Origin: Verrucomicrobiia bacterium
GTDB lineage: Bacteria > Verrucomicrobiota > Verrucomicrobiia > Limisphaerales > UBA11358
DNA: 64,000 nucleotides
Assembly: GCA_035776755.1 (NCBI GenBank)
Contig: DASTWS010000006.1
Location: 6,777-70,776 of the forward strand
Direction of reading: 5' to 3'
In this document: positions 1-10,400 of the stretch, one piece after another
Layout: each line of letters starts with the position of its first letter
Position numbering within the stretch: position 1 is the stretch's first letter
The notes under the pieces: generated by a model
Database searches by the model: none
Told to the model about the DNA's origin: nothing
Seen by the model: the letters and a program-made list of their open reading frames with translations, nothing else
Translations under genes and position numbers: made by a program

Positions 1-501
1 TATCTCTGGTATCGGCTTTGTTTGTTTTTTTCCGGGCGGATCGCCTTTGTTTCCATGGCGTGCATTCCGCTGGCGATCTTCATTTTTTGTTTCCGCGGTT
101 ATTTTGTTGCACCCGCCAGCGGAGCCGCGATGGCGGTTTTTCCGGTTTCGCTGGTGCTGACGGCGTTGCTGCAATTTTTTATGTCCTACGCGATGGCGAT
201 GCTGGCATTTTGGTTATTGGAGATTTCCACCTTCATTTTCATTTTGTTCGCGTTCGAATACATCGCCAGCGGGCACATGTTTCCGCTGGACGTGCTTCCG
301 CACGGATTGCAGCACGCGCTATTCTACACGCCGTTTCCCTATCAGCTTTATTTTCCCATCGGCGTTTACATGGGAAAAATTGCGGGCGGAGACTTGTGGC
401 GCGGACTGGCGACTCAATTGGTCTGGGTGATTTTGGCTTATCTGTTCGCGCGGTTCATGTGGCAGCGCGGCGTGAAGAAATATTCGGCGTTTGGCGGGTA
501 A
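1..501 (+). CDS. ABC-2 family transporter permease, C-terminal part (5' end outside window)
   Basis: Frame 1 is open from the window edge to the stop at 499-501. The product is polytopic and hydrophobic. The segment HMFPLDVLP...LFYTPFPYQLYFP resembles ABC-2/DUF990-type permeases (from memory). Confidence 0.5.
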   Translation, partial: YLWYRLCLFFSGRIAFVSMACIPLAIFIFCFRGYFVAPASGAAMAVFPVSLVLTALLQFFMSYAMAMLAFWLLEISTFIFILFAFEYIASGHMFPLDVLPHGLQHALFYTPFPYQLYFPIGVYMGKIAGGDLWRGLATQLVWVILAYLFARFMWQRGVKKYSAFGG

Positions 502-596
502 ATCCCGTATTTCGGGCGGACATCAACAGCCATAATTAGTTTTGCCAGCGCAACTTTTTACATGTTAGAATGTTCAAGGAAAGGTCATTTGAGATC

Positions 597-2204
597 ATGA
601 ACAGGTTCATTATTGCACTTCTTTTGGGCGGGCTATTCGCAATTGTTCCGCGCGCAAACGCATTTTATTTCGGCGGCTTTGGCGGTTTTGCAAAAAAGCC
701 AACCGTGACCGTTGTCACGCCAAAGGCCAACCAGCATTTGCACGGAGATACGCTGACTGTTTCCGGCAAAGCAGCGCCAAACGGCGGTTCCCTGACCGGC
801 GTCTATGTGCAATTGAACGGCGGTGGATGGGTATTGGCTTCAACCGGCAACGGTTGGAAAACATGGTTCGCCACGGAAACGCTGGATGTGGGGACGAATG
901 TGATCCAGGTGTATGCGACCAATTCCAAAGGGAAAACTTCCGCCACCAAAACTCTGAAATGCTTTTACGACACGGTCACCGTTTCGCTCGCGGGAACGGA
1001 AATGACGGTGAACGGCGGCGATTACGTCATTGATTTCGGAACGAACACCTTCAGCATGAATTCGGATGCGGAATTTGATCTGAACGGTGTCGGCACTTAC
1101 TCAAACACCAAACTCAACGGCGTCAGTTCCAAATTGAAATTGACCTTTACCGCGCCGCCCACGGCGACCAATAATCCCGCGGTCGTTTTGAATTTTGATA
1201 CGCCGGATTCCGGTTCGTTTACTGATGATAGCGGTGATAATTCTTTCACGCTCGATCCGATTGATACCGTTGTGCCCGGTTCAGTATCAGGGATTTTGTC
1301 GTTTGATGATGGCTCCACTTATTCCATTCCCGAATCGCCATTGATCGCGGAAAATCCGAATCCATTCAAAGTCAAGAATCCGCTGACCATCTGGATTGAT
1401 CAACCATATCCGGGCAGCATCGGCGACCGCGTGAGCGTTAAATTCACCCATCTGGTCTGGGCGCGGATCCAATGGGTTGAAATCAATGAACCGACCGGTT
1501 ACGGCACCGTTATCGGCACCGGCACGACTTCCGACGGCACTGATACGGTGACGGTTTTGTTCGACAACTCGGCGTTTGTCTCCAAAACTGATTTGTTTGC
1601 TCCCATCAGCGGATTGCCGGTGAATATTATGTCTTTCACCGTGACCAACAGCGACGACAGTGTGGATTCCGGCCAATTCACCTACAAACCATACAGCCCG
1701 GTCGGCGCGTTGTTTACAGCAACGACCGGCAGCGGCACGAGCTATGATGTTTTGAATTTCGCCGATGACAGCAGCGGAAATTATACCCGCACAAGTGTTG
1801 ATTTAGGCGGAAACGTCACTGAAACCAACGCCGGCACGTTTTCGTTCACGCTCATCAGCAACGGCACCAATGATTTCGCGCCATCTTCCGTGGTGAATAA
1901 AACATTGGTGATGACGAATTCGGGCGGTTTTTATGAATCCGTCCAATTCACCGGCCCGTCCACGTTCAACGAAACCAATTCCTATAATTCCGGCACCAAT
2001 TCCGACGGCAATTACGCGTATTCAAAATTAAATTCAACGAACGCTTCGGCGCGACTGACGTTCACCAGTGGGCCGACATTGAATTTCACGAATTTCATTT
2101 CCGTGACATTTACGACCACGAATTTCGGCACGTTCACTACGACCAATTACGATGACGCCGGAAACCTGTTCACGAACTACAACGGAAATTTCCGATTGCA
2201 ATAA
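597..2204 (+). CDS. secreted hypothetical protein; Ig-like N-terminal domain plus T/N/S/F-rich beta-type repeats
   Basis: ORF 570-2204. The ATG at 597 gives a canonical signal peptide, MNRFIIALLLGGLFAIVPRANA. There are about three internal repeats of the pattern Y.Y/N..a.L.LTFT...NF. I recognise no family. Confidence 0.55.
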   Translation: MNRFIIALLLGGLFAIVPRANAFYFGGFGGFAKKPTVTVVTPKANQHLHGDTLTVSGKAAPNGGSLTGVYVQLNGGGWVLASTGNGWKTWFATETLDVGTNVIQVYATNSKGKTSATKTLKCFYDTVTVSLAGTEMTVNGGDYVIDFGTNTFSMNSDAEFDLNGVGTYSNTKLNGVSSKLKLTFTAPPTATNNPAVVLNFDTPDSGSFTDDSGDNSFTLDPIDTVVPGSVSGILSFDDGSTYSIPESPLIAENPNPFKVKNPLTIWIDQPYPGSIGDRVSVKFTHLVWARIQWVEINEPTGYGTVIGTGTTSDGTDTVTVLFDNSAFVSKTDLFAPISGLPVNIMSFTVTNSDDSVDSGQFTYKPYSPVGALFTATTGSGTSYDVLNFADDSSGNYTRTSVDLGGNVTETNAGTFSFTLISNGTNDFAPSSVVNKTLVMTNSGGFYESVQFTGPSTFNETNSYNSGTNSDGNYAYSKLNSTNASARLTFTSGPTLNFTNFISVTFTTTNFGTFTTTNYDDAGNLFTNYNGNFRLQ

Positions 2205-2269
2205 TCAAGCAATCGCTTGCGCGTCCGGAAGCATTCGCGTAATCGTAAGGCGTGAATTTCAAACCGCAC

Positions 2270-3106
2270 ATGAAGCTTATCGGCGTGGATCTCGGCGGCA
2301 CCAATGTCCGCGCCGGATTGGTTCAAAGCGGAAGGATTCTCAACCTCGAGTCGCACAAACATGCTGATTTTGGCAAAAACCAGATCATCGAGGAAATCTG
2401 CCGCGTCATCGAAAAAGTTCTGCAGCCCGGCATCCGCGGCATCGGCCTGGGCGTCCCCAGCGCCGTGGATGCCAAAGGCACCGTTTACGCCGTGGCCAAT
2501 ATCCCTTCATGGCGCAAAGTGCCGCTAAAAGAAATTCTCGAAAAGCGATTTCGCCTTCCCGTTTTTATCAATAACGACGCCAAATGTTTTGCCCTCGGTG
2601 AATTGCATTACGGCGCCGGACGCGGCTATAAAAATCTCGTCGGCCTCATCATCGGCACCGGCATGGGCGCCGGCGTGATTGTGGAAGGCAAATTGTTTTC
2701 CGGCACCAACGGCGCGGCCGGCGAGCTGGGACACATGCCCTATCTCGAACATGAATTTGAATATTATTGCAGCGGCCGTTTTTTCCAGCGTGAGTTCGGC
2801 GTGGACGCTTTTGCCGCGGAACAATGCGCCGATGCCGGCGATGCAAAAGCAAAAAAAATGTTTGAAGCTTTCGGCGAACACCTGGGAAATGCCATCCAAG
2901 CCGTGCTTTACGCCTACGATCCGGAAGTGATTGTTTTGGGCGGCGGAGTCAGCAAAGCCTTTCGCCATTTCGAAAAGGCGATTCACAAAAATCTAAAAAT
3001 ATTCCGCTTCCAGGCCGGATTGAAAAAGCTTGTCATCGCGCCAAGCAAACATCCGCACATCGCCGTGCTCGCCGCCGCCGCGCTTTGTCTGGACCAGCAA
3101 ATGTAG
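2270..3106 (+). CDS. ROK family sugar kinase (glucokinase-like)
   Basis: N-terminus MKLIGVDLGGTNVRAG (ATP-binding DxGGT). Also a ROK-like segment GAGRGYKNLVGLIIGTGMGAGVI...GELGHM. The ORF track starts at GTG 2252; ATG 2270 is more plausible. Confidence 0.75.
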   Translation: MKLIGVDLGGTNVRAGLVQSGRILNLESHKHADFGKNQIIEEICRVIEKVLQPGIRGIGLGVPSAVDAKGTVYAVANIPSWRKVPLKEILEKRFRLPVFINNDAKCFALGELHYGAGRGYKNLVGLIIGTGMGAGVIVEGKLFSGTNGAAGELGHMPYLEHEFEYYCSGRFFQREFGVDAFAAEQCADAGDAKAKKMFEAFGEHLGNAIQAVLYAYDPEVIVLGGGVSKAFRHFEKAIHKNLKIFRFQAGLKKLVIAPSKHPHIAVLAAAALCLDQQM

Positions 3107-3165
3107 TTTTTCCTTGACCGGCTGCGTCAAATCAGTTTGGGTTAAGTCAATCCTAGCCAATTTTC

Positions 3166-4515
3166 ATGCCGCGCCTGGTCGTAAACCCCGACAAGCCGGA
3201 TGCCTGGGAAATCCAGCTCAGGCCCGGCGCCAACCGCATCGGACGCGGCGAAGCCAACGATTTCCAGATTGCCGATCCTTCCGTTTCCGGCTCGCACTGC
3301 CAGGTGGTCGTCAAGGACAACGTCGTCACGATTCAGGATCTCGCCTCGACCAACGGCACATTCATCAACGGCGAACGCGTCAGCGAAATGACATTGTTGA
3401 ACGGGCAAAAAATCCGGCTCGGCAGTGTTGATTTGGTTTTCCACGCGCCCAGACCTGCCACCGCCGCGCCAATTGTTCCGCCACTGCCGGTTCCGTCGTC
3501 GGGTCCGGTCGCGGTGCCAACAACATCAAGACTGCGGGTTTCCGGCGCCGCCGTTGCCGAAACCGTTCCGCCACCGCTTCCAGCGGGCGCGCCGCCGATT
3601 GTTTCACCGGTTGCGCCGATTTCGATGGCGGTTTCGCAATTCTGCAAATTCCATCCCAAAGCCGCCGCTGCCTGGTTTTGTTCCAAATGCAATCGTTCGT
3701 TTTGCGAACTTTGTGTCACTTCACGTCCGGCTGGCGGTTTGATGAAAAAGATTTGCCGCACCTGCGGCGTGGAATGTTCACCAGTCCATGCGACGATTTC
3801 CAAACCTGTTGCCGCAGGATTTTTTTCCAGCCTGCCGGGCACAGCAATCTATCCGTTCCGCGGCTCGGGAGTTTTGATATTGATTTTCAGCGCCGTGCTT
3901 TTTTCCGTCGCCAGCAACATGGCAGGCTTGTTCAGCATTATTTTTAAAATCGGCACCATCGGTTATTTGTTTTGCTTCATGCAAAACATCATTCACGCCA
4001 CAGCCAATGAAGAATCGGAGATGCCGGAATTGCCGGGCATGGATGACATATTTGGCGGATTTTTACGCCTGGCCGGATGCGTCGTGATGAGTTTTGGACT
4101 GGTGATCGCCCTGTTGATTGCGAGGATTTCGGGCGTGGATATTCCCGTCTCGGCGATTTTGATTTGTGTCGCGCTGGGGTGCCTTTATTTTCCGATGGCG
4201 TTTCTTGTCGTGGCCATCAAAGACACCGTGATGGCCTGCAATCCGCTTGTCGTCGTGCCTTCCATCCTGAAGATTCCCCTGCATTACCTCGTCACGGTCA
4301 TCATTTTCATGTCCATTTTCGGTGTCCAGCAGATCGGCAATATGGTTTCCGGAGGCGCAAAATCACTGACGTTCAGCACCACCAGCATGTCGGTGCTGCT
4401 GGTTTCCATCGGCATCCGGATGATCTGGAGTTTGTTGAGCGTTTATCTGCTGACCGTCAACACGCGCATTCTGGGACTTCTTTATTCAACTCAAAAAGAA
4501 AAGCTCGGCTGGTGA
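3166..4515 (+). CDS. FHA domain / Pro-rich linker / B-box-like zinc ribbon / polytopic membrane (DUF4013-like) protein
   Basis: N-terminal FHA signature (RIGRGEANDFQIADPSVSGSHCQVV...DLASTNGTFINGERV). Cys/His cluster CKFH-x8-CSKC-x4-CELC...CRTCGVEC. About 6-7 predicted TM helices, with IGYLF...EMPELPGMDDIFGGFLRL resembling DUF4013 (from memory). Confidence 0.7.
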   Translation: MPRLVVNPDKPDAWEIQLRPGANRIGRGEANDFQIADPSVSGSHCQVVVKDNVVTIQDLASTNGTFINGERVSEMTLLNGQKIRLGSVDLVFHAPRPATAAPIVPPLPVPSSGPVAVPTTSRLRVSGAAVAETVPPPLPAGAPPIVSPVAPISMAVSQFCKFHPKAAAAWFCSKCNRSFCELCVTSRPAGGLMKKICRTCGVECSPVHATISKPVAAGFFSSLPGTAIYPFRGSGVLILIFSAVLFSVASNMAGLFSIIFKIGTIGYLFCFMQNIIHATANEESEMPELPGMDDIFGGFLRLAGCVVMSFGLVIALLIARISGVDIPVSAILICVALGCLYFPMAFLVVAIKDTVMACNPLVVVPSILKIPLHYLVTVIIFMSIFGVQQIGNMVSGGAKSLTFSTTSMSVLLVSIGIRMIWSLLSVYLLTVNTRILGLLYSTQKEKLGW

Positions 4516-5604
4516 TCATTTTTCGGGCAGGCGCAAATCATTCGTCTCCAATTCTAAAAAATTCGTCAGATCATAGATTTTTTTCCACTTTTTTTGCAGC
4601 CTGGCGATGCGTTTATCCAATGCCGGATGGCTTTGGAATGCCTGTGGCAACGCGCCTTCCATTTTTTCTTTCGCTTCTTCCGTTTTGAATTTTTTGAAAA
4701 GGCTGATCATGCCGCGCGGGTCCACATTGGCCGCCACCAGATATTTCCAGCCGACGGCGTCCGCCTCCAATTCATATTCCTGCGAAAATCCCTGCACCAC
4801 CATCATTCCGGATGCCGCGCCGAGCAGATTCATCAGCCCGCTGCGGCTGTGCATAAAAATTCCAAAAATCAAAACCGGTCCCGCCGCCGAAATGATTTTT
4901 CGCGCATGATGATGCTGCGTGATGTGCGCCGATTCGTGCGCGATGACGCCGAGCAATTCATCGTTGCTCGCTGTATTGAGCAATCCAGTCGTCAGCACGA
5001 TATGGCCGCCCGGCAGCGCAAACGCATTGGGAAATGATTCCTTGATGATATGAAATTGGAAGTTTGCCCCGTTCGGAATCACCCGCAGCAACGGCATGGC
5101 CAGCGATTTGATTTCGGAAACACGATTCGAATCCTCCAGCAATTGTCCTTTCAGCTCCGCGATTTGTTCGTCTCCAAATTTTTGTTCCCATTCCGGCGGC
5201 ACGTCCGCCACGAGCGCCCGCACCATCAAACTCGTCGCGCCAACAAAAAGCCAGCCGATGACAAAACAGCCGGCCACGAAATAGCCGGTGATTTTCAATC
5301 GCCGGACGATTTCTCCCTGCGTCGCGGATTTTTGTAATTGTTCCCGGACAAATTGAAAATGCCGGTCGCGCAAAACCGTTTCGCCGTCGGCATAAATCCG
5401 GAGATCCGCAAACATCTTGTCGCGAAAGAAAATGCGGTCGTCGTCATCCGACCATTCGATGGACAGTTGCGAGAAAGGGATCGCGAGCGAGGTTGCCTCC
5501 GATTTGAAATAGACCGCCCGGTCGTCGGCAAAAATCTTTCCCTCAACCACCTCGTTGCCCAAACCGGGGTGGAACAGATGCGCTTCGAGACCGGATTCGT
5601 TCAT
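4516..5604 (-). CDS. M48 family zinc metallopeptidase with N-terminal cytoplasmic domain and TM anchor
   Basis: HExxH motif in VIAHESAHITQHH and a TM segment ITGYFVAGCFVIGWLFVGA. The C-terminus resembles Ste24/HtpX-like M48 peptidases. ATG 5604 is preferred over GTG 5622. Confidence 0.75.
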   Translation of the reverse strand: MNESGLEAHLFHPGLGNEVVEGKIFADDRAVYFKSEATSLAIPFSQLSIEWSDDDDRIFFRDKMFADLRIYADGETVLRDRHFQFVREQLQKSATQGEIVRRLKITGYFVAGCFVIGWLFVGATSLMVRALVADVPPEWEQKFGDEQIAELKGQLLEDSNRVSEIKSLAMPLLRVIPNGANFQFHIIKESFPNAFALPGGHIVLTTGLLNTASNDELLGVIAHESAHITQHHHARKIISAAGPVLIFGIFMHSRSGLMNLLGAASGMMVVQGFSQEYELEADAVGWKYLVAANVDPRGMISLFKKFKTEEAKEKMEGALPQAFQSHPALDKRIARLQKKWKKIYDLTNFLELETNDLRLPEK

Positions 5605-5666
5605 GTGAATATCTTGCCGCACCGTTCCCGGTTCAAATCCAGGAACTGCGCCGCGCGGTTCCGCGG

Positions 5667-6953
5667 CTAAACGCGCTGCAATTTCTTCACGAGCACTTTG
5701 GAATTTCTTCCGCTCTGCTCGTATTTTTCGCGGCGCGCTGGCGGCAAATCATCGGGCGTTCCTTCCGTAAATCCGCCTTTGCTTTGAAAATAGGTGAACG
5801 CCTGCGTCGAAAGCGTGATGAGTTCGCTCAAATTCAATTCGCGCGCTTTATTCTCCACGAATTGGATGAGTTTGCGTCCGATGCCCTGGTTCTCGTGCGA
5901 TGCGCTGACATAGAGGCAGGCCAATTCGCCTTTCTTCTGCTCGGGATAAACATGCAGCGCGACGCACGCGACCGGATTTTTATCAATCTCGAAAATAAAA
6001 TAATCGCCCAATGATTTTTCAATCACGCCGCGCGTGCGCTTGACCAATTCGTCCGCTTCCACTGCCTGTTTCGTCAGCATTTGAATGGCGCGCACGTCTT
6101 TTTTCTTCGCCGCGCGGATCTGCTGATATTCGTTCGCGTAAATCAAGGTGCCGATGCCGTCATTGGAAAAGACTTCCGCCAGCAAACCTTCGTCCACTTT
6201 GCCGTTGATGACATGGACGCGCGGGATTCCCGCTTTGCATGCCAGCGCGGCGTGTTGCGCTTTGGACAACAGCTCGGGCGCAAATCCGGCGCTGTTTTGC
6301 TGCAATAATTTTTCCAGTTCGGCGACGAGCATTTGCCGGATCAATTTACCTTGATAAATCAATCCGTCCTGTGCGGTGATGAAGATCAATTTGATCGCTT
6401 TGAGCGCGTCGGCGACCGCGACCGCCACGCCATCGGAATTGACGCGATACGTTTTGCCGTCGCCGTCGAAACCGAGTGGCGGAATGACCGGCACGACGTC
6501 CTGCGCGAGCAACGTTTGCAGCAGCGCCGTGTCCACGCGCTCGACTTTGCCGGTGAACAAATGATCTACGCCCTGAATGATGCCCATGGGATGGGCGATG
6601 ATGACGTTCGTGCTGGCGGCGCGCAAATCATTCGCAGACAGGCCTTCGAGAATTTCGTGCGTGAGGCGGTTGGCGGCCGTGAGCGCGAGCTTGAGCGTAT
6701 TGGCGTCGGTGATGCCGGCGCCGTCTAAATTGGACGCGGAGATTTTTTGCTCATCAGAAAGTGCTTTGATTTGTGCGGAGGCGCCGTGAACGAGCACGAC
6801 GCGGATGTTCAGCGAGCGCAATACGGCGACGTCGAGCAGGAGAGTGGCGAAGTTTTCGTCGGTGACGATGGCACCGTCCACCGCGAGGACGAATGTCCGT
6901 TCGCGGAATTGCGGAATGTATTGCAGGATTCCCCGCAGATCAGTCAGTTTCAC
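5667..6953 (-). CDS. argA: amino-acid N-acetyltransferase (N-acetylglutamate synthase; amino-acid kinase + GNAT domains)
   Basis: 428 aa. The N-terminal AAK fold (FVLAVDGAIV...VVLVHGASAQI) and the C-terminal GNAT (QGIGRKLIQFVENKARELN) match ArgA architecture. GTG start. Confidence 0.75.
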   Translation of the reverse strand: MKLTDLRGILQYIPQFRERTFVLAVDGAIVTDENFATLLLDVAVLRSLNIRVVLVHGASAQIKALSDEQKISASNLDGAGITDANTLKLALTAANRLTHEILEGLSANDLRAASTNVIIAHPMGIIQGVDHLFTGKVERVDTALLQTLLAQDVVPVIPPLGFDGDGKTYRVNSDGVAVAVADALKAIKLIFITAQDGLIYQGKLIRQMLVAELEKLLQQNSAGFAPELLSKAQHAALACKAGIPRVHVINGKVDEGLLAEVFSNDGIGTLIYANEYQQIRAAKKKDVRAIQMLTKQAVEADELVKRTRGVIEKSLGDYFIFEIDKNPVACVALHVYPEQKKGELACLYVSASHENQGIGRKLIQFVENKARELNLSELITLSTQAFTYFQSKGGFTEGTPDDLPPARREKYEQSGRNSKVLVKKLQRV

Positions 6954-7032
6954 TGGTTCAATTCAATTGGCCAACGCAAAACAAGTAGGCGATTTTTCGC
7001 GCGATGCAATAAATAATTTCGCCGGCAGGAGC

Positions 7033-7079
7033 GGAAAAGAAAATTTCCCGACGGAACGGTGGCGTTGTCCGTCGGGAAA
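7033..7079 (-). terminator. intrinsic terminator downstream of rpsT
   Basis: An 11-bp perfect stem, TTTCCCGACGG (7044-7054) / CCGTCGGGAAA (7069-7079). On the minus strand it is followed by TTTTCTTTTCC. Confidence 0.55.
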
Positions 7080-7106
7080 TCAAAGAGGACGCGGGTGCGC
7101 GGGCGA

Positions 7107-7358
7107 TTACTTCAAGACGGCCGCGAGGCGCGATTTTTTTCGATTGGCGGTCGGGCGCGCAATGACGCGGGATTTGACGGCTTTATCAAAGGCTGAGAAA
7201 ACGCCCGGCAACAATTTGGCGGCATCTTCTTTTTTGGCTGTGGCAGCGGCACGGAATTCTTTTTCCAGGCGGCGAAGCCTGGAGATGACGCTGCGGTTAT
7301 GGAGATGCTTGGTTTCGCTGTTGCGCATCCGGCGTTCGGCTGATTTTGTGTTCGGCAT
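7107..7358 (-). CDS. rpsT: 30S ribosomal protein S20
   Basis: 83 aa and basic. MPNTKSAERRMRNSETKHLHNRSVISRLRR is the classic S20 N-terminus. Confidence 0.9.
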   Translation of the reverse strand: MPNTKSAERRMRNSETKHLHNRSVISRLRRLEKEFRAAATAKKEDAAKLLPGVFSAFDKAVKSRVIARPTANRKKSRLAAVLK

Positions 7359-7427
7359 AATTCTAAAAGGGCGTTGAATTTATTGGAAAATGCCAAAATG
7401 TCAACGGCAAAGCTCTTGCAGTAACGG

Positions 7428-10400
7428 ATGCGGCATGTTTTAATCTCATGGCTTTGCCCATGCGATGTGAATAAACATCTGCGCATTTTGCATTTGGAAG
7501 ACGAACCAGATTTTGCGGAACTGGTGCGTTCTCTTTTCGCACAAGACGGAATGGCGGCCGAAGTGCAACGGGTCAGCGACCGGGCTTCATTTGAAGCCGC
7601 TCTGCATGGCGAAACTTTCGATGTCATCATTTCCGACTACCATCTGCCTTCGTTCACCGGGTTGGAAGCGTTGAATATCGCCAAGGAAAAATGTCCGCAC
7701 ACGCCGTTCATTCTCGTTTCGGGAACCATCGGTGAGGATGCCGCGATCAAAAGTTTGAAAGCGGGTGCGACGGATTACGTCCTGAAACAACATCCGGAAC
7801 GCCTGCCGTCTGCGGTCCGTCGTGCCGTGCAGGAGGCGCAAGAACGGCTCAAGTTGCATGAAGCGGAGATGGAATTGATCCGGCGGGAAAAATATTTCCG
7901 CGCGCTGACGGAAAATTCCGTGGATGTTCTTTCCGTTTTGGATCCGAATGGCGTTGTGATTTATAAGAGCCCGTCCGTCAAAAATGTTTTGGGCTACGAA
8001 TCGCAGGAGTTGACCGGCCACAGTTGTTTCAAATTCATTCATCCGGATGACGTCGGCAAAGTGCAGGAGGCATTCGAATCATTGCTCAACCAGCCGGCGA
8101 ATGCCGTCACCATCCAATATCGCTATCTGCACAAAGATGGATCCTGGCGATACCTGGAAGTGATGGGACAAAACCGGCTTTCCGATCCGCACATCCAGGG
8201 CGTTGTGGTCAATTCGCGGGATGTCACCGATCGCTGGCGGGTGGCGGAGGAATTGCGTTCGAGCGAAAAACATTATCGTCTGCTGTTCCAGGCCAATCCC
8301 AATCCGATGTGGGTTTTCGATCTGGAAACATTGCAATTCCTCGAAGTCAACGAAGCGGCCATCCAGCATTACGGCTATACCCACGAAGAGTTTTTGAACA
8401 TGACGATCATGGACATCCGTCCGCCGGAAAAAAATGGTCGCCGAAAAAATCCTACGCTCGATTTCAGCGATCGAGGCGTCACCTGGCGTCACCGGCGCAA
8501 AGACGGTTCGTTGATTGACGTAGAAGTGATTTGGAGTCCGATGGTTTTTCACAACCGTTTTGCCGCGTTGACGATGGCCAGCGACGTGACCGAACGCCGC
8601 CGCGTGGAACATCGCAACGCCATTTTCTCCAAATTAAGCCATCGCATGAGCGGCGCCACGACTCCCGCGGAGGCGGCGATGATCATTTGCGATGCCGCGG
8701 ATGGGTTGTTCATCTGGGATGATTTTGCTTTGGATTTATATTCGCCGGAACGGGACGAGGTGTTTTCTCTGCTGAATATCACGACCGTGGATGGGCAGCG
8801 CGTGGAAATTCCGGCATCGGCCCAACCCAAAGCCGCCAATGCGCTTGTCCGCCGGGTGATTTCCCGCGGCGCCGAATTGCTTTCCTCGGTCGAATCGAAA
8901 GATCAACTCGCGTCCACGATGCTGGTGCCTATCCGCAAAGGTGAGCGCGTGATCGGCATTTTATTCGTGCAAAATCATTTGCCCGGCAGTTATTCGGCGC
9001 AGGACCTGGAAGTCCTGCAAACGCTGGCCGACCAATGTGGCGGCGCGCTCGAACGGCTCCGTCATCAATCCGAACTCCGTGAGACGGAACAGCGTTTCCG
9101 GGATTTGTTCGAGAATTCTCCGGATGCCATTTTTGTCGAGGACATGGACGGCACAGTATTGGATGCCAATTTCGCCGCGTGCATCCTTAACGGCATGACC
9201 CGTGACCAATTGATCGGCAAAAATGCGATTCGGGATCTGGTTCCATTCAAATCTCGCGAGCAGGCGCAGAAAATGTTTCAGCAACTGGCCGCCGGAAAAT
9301 TATCGTGGGCCGAAGGTGAAAGCCTGGCTGCCGATGGCCGCGTTACCCCGGTGGAAGTGCGCGCCAGCCGGATTGATTACGCCGGCAAACCGGCGCTGCT
9401 GCTGCATGTGCGCGATTGCAGCGAGCGACGCGCCACGGAAACCGCGTTGCAAAGTTCGGAAATGCTTTTCCGTTCGGTATGGGAAAATTCCGCGGACGGA
9501 ATGCGGCTGACCGATGAAAATGGAATTATTGTCGCCGCCAACGACGCCTACTCCAAGCTGGTCGGCTTGACGGAAGCTGAGCTGAAAGACAAGCCGTTCA
9601 CCATCGTTTATGCCGAAAGCGAAGATCGGGAGACGATGCTGGCCCACCATCGCGAACATTTTGCGATGCGCCAGCCGGAGCGGAAATTTGAAAGGCGCTA
9701 TACATTGCACACCGGAAAATCCGTGATGCTGCAAATCAATGATTCATTCATCGAAGCGCGCGGGCAGCCGTTGTTGATGGTCAGCTTGTTCCGCGATGTC
9801 ACGATGCAACGGCGGCTGGAAGAGCAATTGCGACAGTCGCAAAAAATGGAAGCCATCGGCCAACTCGCCGGCGGCGTCGCGCATGACTTCAACAACATTC
9901 TTACCGTCATTCACGGCCATGCATCGTTGTTGTTGATGAATAATCTTGATGATACTGCCGCACGCTCGGCGCAACAGGTCGTGCAAGCCGCTGAACGCGC
10001 CGCCGGTTTGACGCGCCAATTGCTTGCGTTCAGCCGGCGCCAATTGATCCAGCCCAAGCGCCTGGACATGAACAAAATCGTCGGCAACATGAGCGACATG
10101 CTCGGAAGGCTTCTGGGCGAAGATATTGCGTTGCAATTGAATTATTCGGCCTCGCCCGCCATTGTCGAAGCCGACGCGGGCATGATGGAACAGGTTTTGC
10201 TGAATCTTGCCGTCAACGCCCGCGATGCCATGCCGCGCGGCGGCCGGCTTTCGGTCCGCATTTCGGTCGTGGAAATCAATGAGGCGCACGTGCAAAAACA
10301 TCCGGAAGCACGCGCGGGAAAATTCGTCTGCATCAGTAAATCCGATACCGGTTCGGGAATCGCCCCGGAAAATATCTCGCGCATTTTTGAGCCGTTTTTT

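Noticed and set aside
18-539. 173-aa ORF in an alternative frame over the ABC-2 permease fragment
   Set aside because: The frame-1 product is a coherent polytopic membrane protein continuing from outside the window. The alternative frame is Arg/Gly/His-rich with no features.
4513-4518. Convergent genes with abutting or overlapping stop codons (4515/4516 and 13145-13148) as a special regulatory feature
   Set aside because: Such compaction is common in dense bacterial genomes. It is noted within other findings but is not strong enough to stand alone.
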